This document shows, in pieces, positions 9,477 through 19,329 of a stretch of DNA of 64,000 nucleotides. The stretch is from Gemmatimonadota bacterium (GTDB lineage: Bacteria; Gemmatimonadota; Gemmatimonadetes; Gemmatimonadales; GWC2-71-9). The first letter of the stretch is position 1. Each line of letters opens with the position of its first letter. Where the stretch lies: contig JBKPAO010000123.1 in assembly GCA_046726475.1 (NCBI GenBank), positions 18,133 through 82,132 of the forward strand, read 5' to 3'. Below the pieces are notes generated by a model. The model did not search any database, was not told the DNA's origin, and was given only the letters and a program-made list of their open reading frames with translations. Both the position numbers and the translations under genes were made by a program.

Positions 9477-10466
9477 CTACTGTTGGCCCCGCGCCTTCTT
9501 TACTTCCGCCGTGAGACGAGGGAGAATCTCGAACAGGTCTCCCACGATGCCATAGTCGGCGACCTTGAAGATCGGTGCGTCCTTGTCCTTGTTGATCGCG
9601 ACGATCGTCTTTGCCGTGCGCATACCCGCAAGGTGCTGGATCGCTCCCGAGATGCCCACCGCGATGTACAAATCGGGGCTCACCAGACGTCCGGTCTGCC
9701 CGATCTGGTCGGTGGGCGGTCGCCAGCCATCGTCGGTCACCGCTCGAGTAGCGCCGACCGCCGCGTTACCGATGGCAGCTGCGAGCTCCTCTACCAGCTT
9801 GAAATTCTCCGGCGCACGTAGACCGCGACCTCCGCTCACGATGATGGGTGCCTCGCCGAGGTCGAGCTTGGTGGCGCTTCGCTGGGCGAGATCGGAGACG
9901 GTAACTCGGGCGGCAGCCGGGTCCATCGCGGGCTGAATCGACTCACTCCGGGCAGTGCGCGGATGCTCCTTCGGAGTCACGAACCCCGGACGAAGCGAGA
10001 GCAGCGCAGGTCTGCTGGTGAGGCGCAGCGTGGCGATCACCTTGCCGGTATACGCCGGATGCTGGACCACGGTAGCATCTTCTCCCAGCTCATAACCGGT
10101 GACATCGGAGGCGAGACTTACCCGGAGCCGGGCCGCGACTCGCGGTGCCAGATCCCGTCCCTGTGCCGATGCGGCAAAGAAGCCGGCCCGATATCGGGTG
10201 GATCTGAGTCGTTCGGCGACGGTCGCGGCAACTACCTCGGGGTTGTAACGATCGAGCTGGGGATGCTCGACGGCAACAATCACGTCCGCGCCGTGGCGAG
10301 CGAGCGCGTCCGCTCGCGCAGCGGTCCCGGGGGCCCCAAATACCATCGCGTGCACTTCACCTCCAGAGCCCGAGTCGGCCGCCTCGCGTGTGGCGGTGAC
10401 CGTCTCCAGCGCCACCTTGCGAAGCTCGCCACCTCGCGATTCGGCAAATGCCAGGATCGGATCCAT
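9477..10466 (-). CDS. etfA: Electron transfer flavoprotein subunit alpha
   Basis: The C-terminal FAD-binding signature is IVSGGRG....NF.L.EELA...A.VGA.RA..D.GW......[23 protein letters not shown]. Its ATG overlaps the etfB TAA by 1 nt. Confidence 0.92.
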   Translation of the reverse strand: MDPILAFAESRGGELRKVALETVTATREAADSGSGGEVHAMVFGAPGTAARADALARHGADVIVAVEHPQLDRYNPEVVAATVAERLRSTRYRAGFFAASAQGRDLAPRVAARLRVSLASDVTGYELGEDATVVQHPAYTGKVIATLRLTSRPALLSLRPGFVTPKEHPRTARSESIQPAMDPAAARVTVSDLAQRSATKLDLGEAPIIVSGGRGLRAPENFKLVEELAAAIGNAAVGATRAVTDDGWRPPTDQIGQTGRLVSPDLYIAVGISGAIQHLAGMRTAKTIVAINKDKDAPIFKVADYGIVGDLFEILPRLTAEVKKARGQQ

Positions 10467-11218
10467 TACAGCACCTTGGCTTCGGTCTGGAGGAGACGAA
10501 CCAGCTCGGGAACTGCGTCGGCGCCTTCCCCGATGATCCTTCCCGCCGGTCGTTCCGCCGGCAGCTCCAGCCTCTCGATCGTCAACTGAGACTTACCGAG
10601 CTGGGCGGGCTTCACCTCGAGTGGCTTCTTCTTGGCAGCCATGATCCCCTTGAGCGAGGCCAAACGGGGACGCGCGATGCCTTCATCGATAGTCAGCACC
10701 GCGGGCAGCGGGAACTCCACAGTTTCCGACGCGCCTTCGAGGTCCCGCCGAGCGGTGCCTCGGGTGCCCTGGATGTCGAGTTGGGAAATCGCGGTCACGC
10801 AGGGGAGCTCGAGCAGCTCGGCAGTCATGGGTCCGACGGTGCCGTGCGCCGTATCGGTGGCCATCCGGCCAAAGAGGATGAGATCGTATTTCCCGTCCCG
10901 GAGCTCCGCCGCAAGCGCCTCGGCAATCGCCAGCCCATCGACGGGGACTTGGTCGGCCTTCAGCTGTACCGCCCGGGTGGCCCCCATGGCCAAAGCCTTT
11001 CGTAGCGTCTCCTGCACACCATCCGGTCCCACAGAGAGGGCCACAACTTCACCCGGGCCCTGCTTTTCGTTGAGCTGGAGAGCAACCTCGAGCGCATAGC
11101 CGTCGAAATCGCCCATCTCGTACTTCATTCCGGCCTGCTCCAGAGATTTCTGGTCGGCCGCAATGGCAAACCTCATTTCCATATCGGGCACGCGCTTGAT
11201 GCAAACGGCGATCTTCAA
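10466..11218 (-). CDS. etfB: Electron transfer flavoprotein subunit beta
   Basis: MKIAVCIKRVPD...NP.D..ALE.AL.L.E...GEV.ALS.GP......LR.ALAMGA..A..L; 250 aa. Confidence 0.92.
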   Translation of the reverse strand: MKIAVCIKRVPDMEMRFAIAADQKSLEQAGMKYEMGDFDGYALEVALQLNEKQGPGEVVALSVGPDGVQETLRKALAMGATRAVQLKADQVPVDGLAIAEALAAELRDGKYDLILFGRMATDTAHGTVGPMTAELLELPCVTAISQLDIQGTRGTARRDLEGASETVEFPLPAVLTIDEGIARPRLASLKGIMAAKKKPLEVKPAQLGKSQLTIERLELPAERPAGRIIGEGADAVPELVRLLQTEAKVL

Positions 11219-11326
11219 TGTGTAGCTCCAAGAATCAAACCCGCGGCAAAGCTAGCCCTTCCCCGGACAGAAACGCAAACGAGGCCACCAGCGGTGGCCT
11301 CGCGCGCACGATATCACACTCAATCG

Positions 11327-12220
11327 TCAGCGGGTCCCGCCATCCCCGCGGCGATCCTTGAGCCCCGGACGATCGACTCTGCGCCGGTCGATCATCGCGC
11401 GCTCCACCCAGCCGTTGCCCATCGCGGTCCGTTGAGTGCTCGAGCCCGCCTGCGCTTGCTGCGCCATTCCCTGGGCCTGGTGCTGCGCCGCAGTGGCCGC
11501 GCGCTCCAGCTTCGGTCCTGCCTGTTGCACGTTCCGGCTGATCGACTCGAGTACCTGGGCCGCCCGATCCCGCCCGCCAAGGCCGAACGCGAGGCCGAAG
11601 GCGATGGATAGCGCACCGATTACACCGATCAGCAGCGTGTTGACCAGGGTGGTAGCGATGCCCAGCTGGTTCACGGCCACGATAATCGTGAATCCCCAAA
11701 TCGCTACTCGGGTCACGGCCGCGAGCATCTCGTGGTTGGTGAATCCCGCTTCGGCCGACGCCCCTCGGACCAGCTGGGACAGTGCCTTTGCGGCGAGACC
11801 GCCGATGACCAGTACCACGAGGGCAACTACCAGGTTCGGCAACCAGAGCAGCAGCTGCTGGAGCACGCTCGATACGGCCGGCAGTCCCAGCGTATCGAAT
11901 GCCACCACGAGGGTGATCAACCGTACGAACCACTTGACGATTCCGGCGATCACGCCTGCGGGGTCATCCTTAACACCCATCTTCTGGACGAAGTCGGCAA
12001 ACCCCGAGCGGCGGGCCAGTTCGTTGAACTTCACCGCATGCAACAAGGCCTGAACACCCCGAGCGAACAGCGACGAGATGATCCAACCGACAATAAGCAC
12101 GACGGCGAACCCGATAACGCGTGGGATCGCCGACAGAAGTGTGTTCAGTGCTCCTGCCAAAGACGCCTTGAAGGCGTCACCGGTGTCCTGCACCGGCACC
12201 GCGACGGTTGTAGCCTGCAT
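11327..12220 (-). CDS. Membrane protein with conserved-TM-helix repeats (mechanosensitive-channel-related family)
   Basis: Repeated units of the form IP.VIGFAVVLIVGWIIS...A / LPNLVVALVVLVIGGLAAKAL / LIGVIGALSIAFGLAFGLGG. The tail is Gln/Ala-rich. Confidence 0.6.
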   Translation of the reverse strand: MQATTVAVPVQDTGDAFKASLAGALNTLLSAIPRVIGFAVVLIVGWIISSLFARGVQALLHAVKFNELARRSGFADFVQKMGVKDDPAGVIAGIVKWFVRLITLVVAFDTLGLPAVSSVLQQLLLWLPNLVVALVVLVIGGLAAKALSQLVRGASAEAGFTNHEMLAAVTRVAIWGFTIIVAVNQLGIATTLVNTLLIGVIGALSIAFGLAFGLGGRDRAAQVLESISRNVQQAGPKLERAATAAQHQAQGMAQQAQAGSSTQRTAMGNGWVERAMIDRRRVDRPGLKDRRGDGGTR

Positions 12221-12312
12221 AAAGCCTCCACCCTTTAGCTTGACGAGACGGAACCCGGCAGACAGGATGGGGAGGTGAGGTGTGACGGTCGGTGACCAAG
12301 GTCACCCTGGAA

Positions 12313-14496
12313 TCAGTCCTGAGTGGCGCCGCCGAAGGCGCGCCGTACGATCAGCTTGAAGCTTCGTGCATTCAACGGGGTGAGAAACCGTTCCAGCTCT
12401 CCCGTCTGGCGGTTCTCGTTGAAGGTGCCGAAGATGGGGTGGTGAGAGTCGAATACGTTCGATACCACCGCTGAGATTTGCCAGCGGGCGCGACTGAACC
12501 CCAACCGCAGGTTGCCGACGAAATAGCCGCCGAGGGGCGTCGTCTCATTCGCCTCATCGCCACGGAGCCACTGCTTCCCGGTGTATCTCGCATCAGCCCC
12601 GAACTGAAGCCTGCCCGACAGCGCCAACAGTCCGCCGAATTTGATCTGATGGTCCGGCACCAGGGGCAACCGGTCACCAATGGCCACAGCATTAGAGCCG
12701 GCCAACGAAGCCCCGGTGAAGCTGCTGTCGGCTCTGATGCTGAAGATCTCCGCCGGGTCGCGGAACGTGGCGTTGGTGTAGGCATAGTTGGCATAGAGCG
12801 ACAGGCGTTCACTCGGAAGGACCTGGAGAGACAGCTCGATACCTTCGCGCCGAGTGTTCCCGATGTTGGCAAAGAAGCCTTCGAAGACAGCGTTCTCCGA
12901 CTGGATGAATGAAATGTCATCCCGGACATTGGTGCGGTACACCGAGGCATTGACGATCACTGGTCCGCGGACAACCTGTCCTCCCAGCTCGAACGTGGTG
13001 CCGACCACCGGGTCCAGCGGCGGGTCGTCGCCCAAGGCGAAGGGCAGTGGACAAGCCGCGGTCTCATCGGCGCAGGCCAGCTCCAGGATGGCTGGCGCCC
13101 GGAAGCTTTGTCCCACCGAGACGTACGCCGACGCACCGGGCGAGATCTCCCAGTTGATGCCGCCTCGTGGGCTCAGCCGGGTGAAGGTACTGGTCGTGTC
13201 GGTGCTGGGATCGAGTGCGTTGGAGAACGGGACGTGGATGTAATCGTACCTGAGCCCCCCCGAAAAGGTGACCTGGTCGATTCGCAGATCGGCCAGAGCA
13301 TATCCGGCAAGATCGTAGCTGGGGCTATGGACGTCGGTCGTAAGAGTGCTGCTGGAAGGAACCGTGGGAGTCTCCTCCAGCAGCTCGATGTGCACCCGGT
13401 TCGCGCCACCATCCGCGCCGAGCCGCAGAGAGAGGCTGCCGTTTTTTCGTGGCTTGGTCCAGCGCCAGTCGAGATTCCCGCCGAGGGTGCGGTTATTGGT
13501 GAAGGAGCGCACGTTGTTGTCGGGCGCTTGATTGACGTTGAACCGCTCGGCGTGGGTTCGCCGGATGTAGCCGGTGAAGGTCCCACGACTTTTACCGAGC
13601 GTAGTGTAGCCCGAGACCGATGCTTGCAGCTGATTCAGGTCTTCAAAATCGCCAATGGTGAAGTTGGTACTGGGGGAAGTCGCGAAAATGCTTTCGGGCA
13701 GGGAGCCGGCGGTTTCGGCTCGGGATTCGGCACCGAACGCCTGGAGACTGATTCCGCGCTCCGGTCCGCGCCGTCCCACATTCAGGAAGCCGTTGAGATT
13801 CTCGGCCCCTGTCGCCTGGCGCCACCCATCCTCATTCTCGTACCCACCCGCCAGATAGTAGTCCCAGCCGCCGTGACTTACTCCGTCCACCGAAGCTTCA
13901 CCGGAATACGACCCAAAGGAACCACCGGAGAGCTCGGCCTCCGCCTCCAGGGGTCCGCTGCCCCTTCGCGTGATCAGGTTGATTGCCCCGCCCAATGAGT
14001 TGGGCCCTAGCAGCGAGCCCGACCCGCTGAGGAGCTCTGCCCGTTGCACGTGCTCCATCGGAAGCAGGTCGAAATTGACCTCCGCCGCGTCGGGCTCGTT
14101 CTGACGCACCCCATCGAGAAACACCGATACACCGGGGGGGAGACCCACGACCGGACCCACATTGAAGCCGCGAGTGCTCAGGTTCAGCTTGAATGGAGAG
14201 CCGAGATCATCGTAGAGGGAAATCCCGGCCTGGCTCCCCAGGGCGTCGGCCAGCAGCCGCGGCTCCCAGGCCTCGATCGCCTGGCCGGTGACGGTGGAAA
14301 TCCTTGCGGGAATGCCCGATCCGATCACGGGGCCCGCCGTAGGAGCAATCGAGCTGGTAACCTCGATCGTCTTGAGTGTCGTCACCTTGGCGGTATCGGT
14401 CCGTGTGCTGTCGGTCTTCTGCCCCAGAAGCAGTGCAGGAACAGCCATGCCGATGGCAATTAGCCCGGGAATGCGAAGTAGTCTGTGATGGTTCAC
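12313..14496 (-). CDS. TonB-dependent outer-membrane receptor
   Basis: Plug-domain motifs (IEVTSS...G.S.....RG......V.LDGV..N) and a long beta-barrel ending in ...SFKLIVRRAF. GTG 14496 gives a signal-like N-terminus (VNHHRLLRIPGLIAIGMAVPALLLGQ). The track start at 14673 looks over-extended. Confidence 0.88.
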   Translation of the reverse strand: MNHHRLLRIPGLIAIGMAVPALLLGQKTDSTRTDTAKVTTLKTIEVTSSIAPTAGPVIGSGIPARISTVTGQAIEAWEPRLLADALGSQAGISLYDDLGSPFKLNLSTRGFNVGPVVGLPPGVSVFLDGVRQNEPDAAEVNFDLLPMEHVQRAELLSGSGSLLGPNSLGGAINLITRRGSGPLEAEAELSGGSFGSYSGEASVDGVSHGGWDYYLAGGYENEDGWRQATGAENLNGFLNVGRRGPERGISLQAFGAESRAETAGSLPESIFATSPSTNFTIGDFEDLNQLQASVSGYTTLGKSRGTFTGYIRRTHAERFNVNQAPDNNVRSFTNNRTLGGNLDWRWTKPRKNGSLSLRLGADGGANRVHIELLEETPTVPSSSTLTTDVHSPSYDLAGYALADLRIDQVTFSGGLRYDYIHVPFSNALDPSTDTTSTFTRLSPRGGINWEISPGASAYVSVGQSFRAPAILELACADETAACPLPFALGDDPPLDPVVGTTFELGGQVVRGPVIVNASVYRTNVRDDISFIQSENAVFEGFFANIGNTRREGIELSLQVLPSERLSLYANYAYTNATFRDPAEIFSIRADSSFTGASLAGSNAVAIGDRLPLVPDHQIKFGGLLALSGRLQFGADARYTGKQWLRGDEANETTPLGGYFVGNLRLGFSRARWQISAVVSNVFDSHHPIFGTFNENRQTGELERFLTPLNARSFKLIVRRAFGGATQD

Positions 14497-14621
14497 GGGA
14501 CTGGGTGACGTGCTTCGGTATGCAGGACCAGGATCAGCTTCACTCGCGAGCCGCAAGCTTCCATAAATAAAGCCCCCCGAAGAATGGCCAACGGAGGGCT
14601 GGATCAGGCGGTGGTCTGGAT

Positions 14622-14873
14622 TTACTGCCGGCCCACATCCAGAGCGGGACGCGTCCGATTGGCCTCCAGCCACCCAAAGATTTTTTCCTTGACCGACACG
14701 GCGGACTCACCCGGCTCCGCGCTGAAGCTGGTCAATGGTGCTCCGTCACGCAGCAGCTGCCAGGTCGGACCAGCAGCGGGTGTCGATTCCTCCCCGTGCT
14801 TCCGAACTGCATCGTACTCCTCGCCCTGCCACCACACCGTTACCCGGTTGGCCATGGGTGCTCCCTGAGTCAT
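14622..14873 (-). CDS. Hypothetical small protein
   Basis: The ORF sits in the gap between gcdH and the receptor. ATG 14873 is preceded by GGGGTGG, and ATG 14855 by AGGGAG. No family recognised. Confidence 0.35.
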   Translation of the reverse strand: MTQGAPMANRVTVWWQGEEYDAVRKHGEESTPAAGPTWQLLRDGAPLTSFSAEPGESAVSVKEKIFGWLEANRTRPALDVGRQ

Positions 14874-14922
14874 TTTACCACCCCAGGGTGGCACCAAAAG
14901 CGCCATCAGGCCGTGACGAACG

Positions 14923-16128
14923 TCACGTATAGGCGCCGTGTCCGGTGATCGCCTCCCCCACGATCAGCGAATGCATGTCGTGGGTGCCTTCGTAGGTATA
15001 TACCGACTCCAGGTTGGCCATGTGCCGCATGGAGTGATACTCGGCCAGGATGCCGTTGGCTCCCAGCAGCCGCCGGGCTTCCCGGGCGCACTCGCACGCC
15101 ATATTCACGTTATTGCGCTTGCAGAGCGAGACCTGATACGGTGTCATGGTCCCGGCATCTTTGAGCTTGCCGAGCTGCAGCGTCATGAACTGCGCCTTCG
15201 TGATTTCGGTTAGCATCTCCACCAGCCGAACCTGCTGGATCTGGGTGGCGGCGATCGGCTTGTCGAACATGATCCTGCTGCCTGCGTAGCGAAGCGCTTC
15301 ATCGTAGCACGCCATGGCCGCGCCGATGGCGCCCCAGGCGATCCCGTAACGTGCCTGGGTGAGACACATCAGGGGACTCTTGAGCCCGCCGGATTTGGGT
15401 AGCACGGCGTCCTTCGGTAGGTGCACGTCCTGCAGGTGGATCTCGCTGGTATCCGACGCCCGCAACGACAACTTCCCCTTTTGGTCCTTTCCGGTGTAGC
15501 CCTTGCTATCGGTCGGGACGATAAATCCGCGGATCGACTTGGGATCTGCAACCTCGCCGGTCTTGGCCCAGATGATAGCGACAGTCGCTTGCGAGCCGTT
15601 GGTGATCCACATTTTGGTGCCGTTAAGCACCCAGCCGTCTCTCGTCTCCCGGGCCGTTGTCACCATGCCGCCCGGATTGGATCCATAGTCCGGCTCAGTC
15701 AAACCGAAGCAGCCGATCTCCTGGCCGGATGCCAGCAGCGGAAGCCACTGCTGCTTCTGCTCGTCGCTGCCGAAGGCATAGATGGGATACATCACCAGCG
15801 CACCCTGCACCGATGCGAACGAGCGGATTCCGCTATCCCCCCGCTCCAGTTCCTGCATGATGAGCCCGTAGGCCACGTTGTTCAGGCCGGCGCAGCCGAA
15901 CTCTTCAGGCAAGTTGGCGCCGAACAGTCCCAGCTCCGCCATGCCGGGGGTCAATTGCTTGGGGAACTTCCCCTCGATGTATGCTTGCCCGATGACCGGA
16001 ATGAGGTTCTCGTCCACCCAGGTACGCACCGTGTCCCGCACGGCACGCTCTTCCTCGGAAAGGAGCGAATCGAAATTGAGAAAGTCGACCCCGGTGAATT
16101 GCGATGTTCCTGTGGCCGTCGCCATCAA
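14923..16128 (-). CDS. gcdH: Acyl-CoA dehydrogenase, glutaryl-CoA dehydrogenase-like
   Basis: GCFGLTEPDYGSNPGGM.T.A......W.LNG.K.WITNG and the C-terminal ...YEGT.D.H.LI.G..ITG. The overall length and motifs are GCDH-like. Confidence 0.85.
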   Translation of the reverse strand: MMATATGTSQFTGVDFLNFDSLLSEEERAVRDTVRTWVDENLIPVIGQAYIEGKFPKQLTPGMAELGLFGANLPEEFGCAGLNNVAYGLIMQELERGDSGIRSFASVQGALVMYPIYAFGSDEQKQQWLPLLASGQEIGCFGLTEPDYGSNPGGMVTTARETRDGWVLNGTKMWITNGSQATVAIIWAKTGEVADPKSIRGFIVPTDSKGYTGKDQKGKLSLRASDTSEIHLQDVHLPKDAVLPKSGGLKSPLMCLTQARYGIAWGAIGAAMACYDEALRYAGSRIMFDKPIAATQIQQVRLVEMLTEITKAQFMTLQLGKLKDAGTMTPYQVSLCKRNNVNMACECAREARRLLGANGILAEYHSMRHMANLESVYTYEGTHDMHSLIVGEAITGHGAYT

Positions 16129-16143
16129 TCCCTCGCGGAAAGG

Positions 16144-17244
16144 TCAGCCGTAAGATCGGTGAATATAACGATGGTACGCCTCGAGATGCCGGTTAATGGA
16201 CGGCTCGAATCCGTACCTGGTCGAGACATACGCGTGACCCTCATCGCCGCGGCGGCGCCAATCCCCGTTCATCAGGAGCCGGCGCAGCCCTCCCGCGAAA
16301 TCGTCGTTCTGAACCCGGTGACCGAACTTCGAGGCAAAGCCCTCTGGATCCACCCGGCTGAGGATCGCGCACTTGAATGCGGCGGCTTCCAAGAAGGAGC
16401 GGGGCAGGCCTTCTCGCAGTGCGGTATTGACCAGGATCCAACTCTGGGACAGAGTCTGCTCTACTCCGTCCGAGGAAAACTGGTCGACAAATCCCAGTAG
16501 CTCCAGATTACTCACCTTGGCGTATCGGCGCCGCAGCAGCTCGGTGCGGGCCGCTGTCCGGGCTTGCCCCAGCGCGATGAATCTCACATCGGGAAAGGCC
16601 TTGGCGAGCTCGAAGAAAATCTCTGGCCGTTTCCGCCGGTCCCACCGCCCCACGAAACAAACCGTAGGGTGCTCCGCCTTCTGCACCGGAATGCGGGAAG
16701 GACGGACGGGGGTAGGCAGAAAACCCGGCGGGGAGGACAGGCCATACTTCTTCTGGGCGATCGGACGGGAAAACTCGTTGGGGCAGAAGACCGCGTCCGC
16801 CGACCGAACCGCCTTCTTGACCAGCGGATTGTTCTCGTAGGGATAGGTCAGGACGGTGCGAAAGCTGCCGTCGAGAATCCACGATCGAAGCTCGATCAGC
16901 CAGTCTGCATGCACCCTGGTATCACGGCAGGTAACGAGATGGCTGCTCTCCGGCGCCGCCTTCATAGCCAGCCAAGTGCTGAGTGATGGCTCCTGCGAGT
17001 GGTACACGTCGGCTTGACATGCACGCAGCAGCTCGACCTGGGCGCCGAGCGCATGGGCTGGGGAGGAGAGTACGGTTACTCCATCGATGTTTTCCCGTTG
17101 GGGCTGGGCTCCTCGAGCGGGAGTGACCACGGTGATATCCAGGCCCCGTCGCGCCAGCTCCGTCGCGAGGACCCTGGTAGCACTCCCGTACCCGCCGAAT
17201 TTCCCCCACCCAAAGAACTCACTGACGATATAGCAGACCTTCAT
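16144..17244 (-). CDS. Glycosyltransferase family 4 (group 1)
   Basis: MKVCYIVSEFFGWGKFGGYGSATRVLATELARRG...; the C-terminal part has a GT1 fold (F.GR.D..K....F.ELA......F...G). ATG 17244 overlaps the upstream stop (ATGA). The track start at 17538 is over-extended. Confidence 0.8.
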   Translation of the reverse strand: MKVCYIVSEFFGWGKFGGYGSATRVLATELARRGLDITVVTPARGAQPQRENIDGVTVLSSPAHALGAQVELLRACQADVYHSQEPSLSTWLAMKAAPESSHLVTCRDTRVHADWLIELRSWILDGSFRTVLTYPYENNPLVKKAVRSADAVFCPNEFSRPIAQKKYGLSSPPGFLPTPVRPSRIPVQKAEHPTVCFVGRWDRRKRPEIFFELAKAFPDVRFIALGQARTAARTELLRRRYAKVSNLELLGFVDQFSSDGVEQTLSQSWILVNTALREGLPRSFLEAAAFKCAILSRVDPEGFASKFGHRVQNDDFAGGLRRLLMNGDWRRRGDEGHAYVSTRYGFEPSINRHLEAYHRYIHRSYG

Positions 17245-18404
17245 TCCGGGTTGGCGCGCTCCCGGATGACCCGCCGGTAGATGTCCTCCGCCAGTTCGGT
17301 CGATCTGCCCCAGTCGTGCTGATCCATGACCAGCCGCCTCGCGTTCTGGCCCAGCGCGCTGGCCAGCTCTGTGTTGCCCAGGAGAGTCAGCGCTCCCTCG
17401 GCGAAGCCATCCACGTCGCCGTCGGCCACCAGCCAACCAGTCTGACGGTGGCACACTCCTGGAGCCGAGCTCGCGAAGGAGATTACCGGCTTTCCCGCTG
17501 CCATGTAGTTGAGCAACTTGACCGGTATCCCGTCGCAATCCATCCTCGGATTGACCGCGACGGTAGCTCCCGCAAGCAGTCGAGGAATTTCGTCAAACTG
17601 CGCTCTTACCACCTCGATAGATCCCGCGACCCCGAGCTCCCGGGCCAAGGCATCGTAGTGTGCGAATGAGGATTCGGTGACGATCTTGAGCCGAACGTCG
17701 CTTCGGCGGTTCAAGACCTTCCGAAGCGCCTGCAACATGAGGTCGATTCCCTGATACGGCGCCAAATTTCCGGTAAAGATCAGGGTGGGACTCCCGTTGG
17801 TGACTTTCCCGCCGCCGTTCCCGTCCTCCAGGAAAAACTGCGACTCGACCCCGTTGGGAACCACCGAGACTTTATCGCTCCGGACTGCGCCCATCTGAAG
17901 CAGCCGCTCCCTGATCCGCTCGGTAACGGTGATCACGTGATCGGCCATCCCCGGCAGGCGACGGTCGAGTGCGGCTGCAATGCGCTGCTTGGCTCGAAGT
18001 GGCAGGCCCAGACTATAGAAAGGAAGCTCTGAGGTCAGGAGGGTGTGTGCGTCAAAGATGAGCGGGGTGCGAGACCAAAAACGAGCGGCGGCCGCCACCA
18101 ACAGACCCTCGAAGTGATGCGCGTGGATGATATCCACCCGGAATCTGCGGAGGACCTGCCACACCTTAAGCGCTAGTAAGGGATCCAGCAGGGCCAGTTT
18201 TATGTACGTTGGACCCGGAGACAGCTTGTGATAGGCACCGATTGAGGGAATGCGATGGACCGACAGCGTGGGGTTATCTTCAGCAGTGCCAAAGTGATAC
18301 GTGACGACATGAACCTGATGCCCGCGTGCGGCCATGCCTTCTGCCAGCCGGTGGATGCGAATCGGCGTTCCTCGGCGTGCCGGGTAGGGACAGGCTGCCA
18401 CCAT
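17241..18404 (-). CDS. Glycosyltransferase family 4 (group 1)
   Basis: PYPARRGTPIRIHRLAEGMAARGH.VHVVTY... plus a C-terminal GT1 domain (LIFTGNLAPYQGIDLMLQAL...; GIPVKLLNYMAAGKPVI). Confidence 0.8.
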   Translation of the reverse strand: MVAACPYPARRGTPIRIHRLAEGMAARGHQVHVVTYHFGTAEDNPTLSVHRIPSIGAYHKLSPGPTYIKLALLDPLLALKVWQVLRRFRVDIIHAHHFEGLLVAAAARFWSRTPLIFDAHTLLTSELPFYSLGLPLRAKQRIAAALDRRLPGMADHVITVTERIRERLLQMGAVRSDKVSVVPNGVESQFFLEDGNGGGKVTNGSPTLIFTGNLAPYQGIDLMLQALRKVLNRRSDVRLKIVTESSFAHYDALARELGVAGSIEVVRAQFDEIPRLLAGATVAVNPRMDCDGIPVKLLNYMAAGKPVISFASSAPGVCHRQTGWLVADGDVDGFAEGALTLLGNTELASALGQNARRLVMDQHDWGRSTELAEDIYRRVIRERANPE

Positions 18405-18474
18405 CGCGATGCTCAGCTTGGAGGCGAACCCGTTGTGTCCGTTGCTTATCCGGGGTGAGATCGTAGGAACTCCT

Positions 18475-18507
18475 CCACCCGCCCGAGGTCACACGATGGG
18501 TGGGCGG
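18475..18507 (-). terminator. Candidate hairpin downstream of the SprT-like gene
   Basis: CCACCCGCCC-N13-GGGTGGGCGG forms a 10-bp stem with one mismatch and one wobble. There is no clear U-tract. Confidence 0.3.
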
Positions 18508-18585
18508 ACCATCAGTCCGGCACGAGCACGGCATGCCACCACCTTACATATAGAGTATACCGGCGGCAAACACCGCGTACAGGGG

Positions 18586-19329
18586 TTACTGCGGTCCAAA
18601 TTCTTGGGCTGGGACGGGGACCTTCCGTTTGGCAGCGGGAATTACACCGACCTCGCGGGCCTTCGCGCGAAAAGTGGAACCGTGATCGACGTCCATGCCG
18701 GATTCCGCCTGCCACTGGTGCACCATCTCGTGAAGCAAGGTGTGCTCCACCTCCGACCAATCATGTCTACTGATGTGCCTCCGGCTGATGCCGATCTCTG
18801 TCGGTTTCCCGGTCTTCGCATCCACCGCCAGCTCACCCAGTCGGCTCTTCATCCGGCTCGAGAGACGGATAGGGATCTCGCCCAGACCCCCACTGAAATG
18901 GAGCTGGTTGAGGGCGCAGTGCAGGGCTTTCAGCCGCCGCAATAGTGCCAAGTCTCCCGGCCGCGTTCGTTCCCGGCGGATGGTCCGCCCCGGCGTCGCC
19001 ACATAGGAGGCGACGGGAAACTGCAGGAACTGCCGTTCAGCCGAACGCCGCCTGGGGCGTGGGACTCGGGGATTCAGGAATTGGATGATCGCGCGTAAGA
19101 CCTCATCAGGGGCAAAGGCGTACCCGCGATGAAGCCGAAGGGTGCGGCGGCTCAAACTGAGCATCACGGTACTATTGGAATGCGTCAGAATCCGGTCGAC
19201 CTGGGTCAGTCCGAGTCCCCGAAGTCGGGCCGGGAGCCAATCCTCGAAGAGAAAACACTGCTCCGCCCCCACCGATTCACGATGTCGCGCCTTCCCCGCT
19301 TCTCTGCTTCGCCGCTTCCCCGCCTTCAA
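18586..19329 (-). CDS. SprT-like zinc-metalloprotease domain protein
   Basis: An HEMVHQW zinc motif sits in an SprT-like context (...RLGE.......I.IS...........TLLHEMVH.W). The track start at 19329 is TTG and lies inside an octamer array. GTG 19272 is an alternative start that would leave the array intergenic. Confidence 0.7.
   Translation of the reverse strand: MKAGKRRSREAGKARHRESVGAEQCFLFEDWLPARLRGLGLTQVDRILTHSNSTVMLSLSRRTLRLHRGYAFAPDEVLRAIIQFLNPRVPRPRRRSAERQFLQFPVASYVATPGRTIRRERTRPGDLALLRRLKALHCALNQLHFSGGLGEIPIRLSSRMKSRLGELAVDAKTGKPTEIGISRRHISRHDWSEVEHTLLHEMVHQWQAESGMDVDHGSTFRAKAREVGVIPAAKRKVPVPAQEFGPQ
19291..19327. repeat. Tandem octamer array CTTCNCCG x4.5 (GGGGAAGC family, single arm)
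   Basis: CTTCCCCG CTTCTCTG CTTCGCCG CTTCCCCG CCTTC, located at the junction of the metallophosphoesterase stop and the SprT-like start. Confidence 0.85.

Noticed and set aside
12291-12306. Palindromes just downstream of minus-strand genes, considered as terminators: GGTGACC-AA-GGTCACC after the TonB-dependent receptor gene, and GCAACC-GAA-GGTTGC at 7232-7246 after the ETF-QO gene.
   Set aside because: The stems are short (6-7 bp) with very small loops and no following U-tract on the relevant strand. They may be real, but the support is not strong enough to list them as features.
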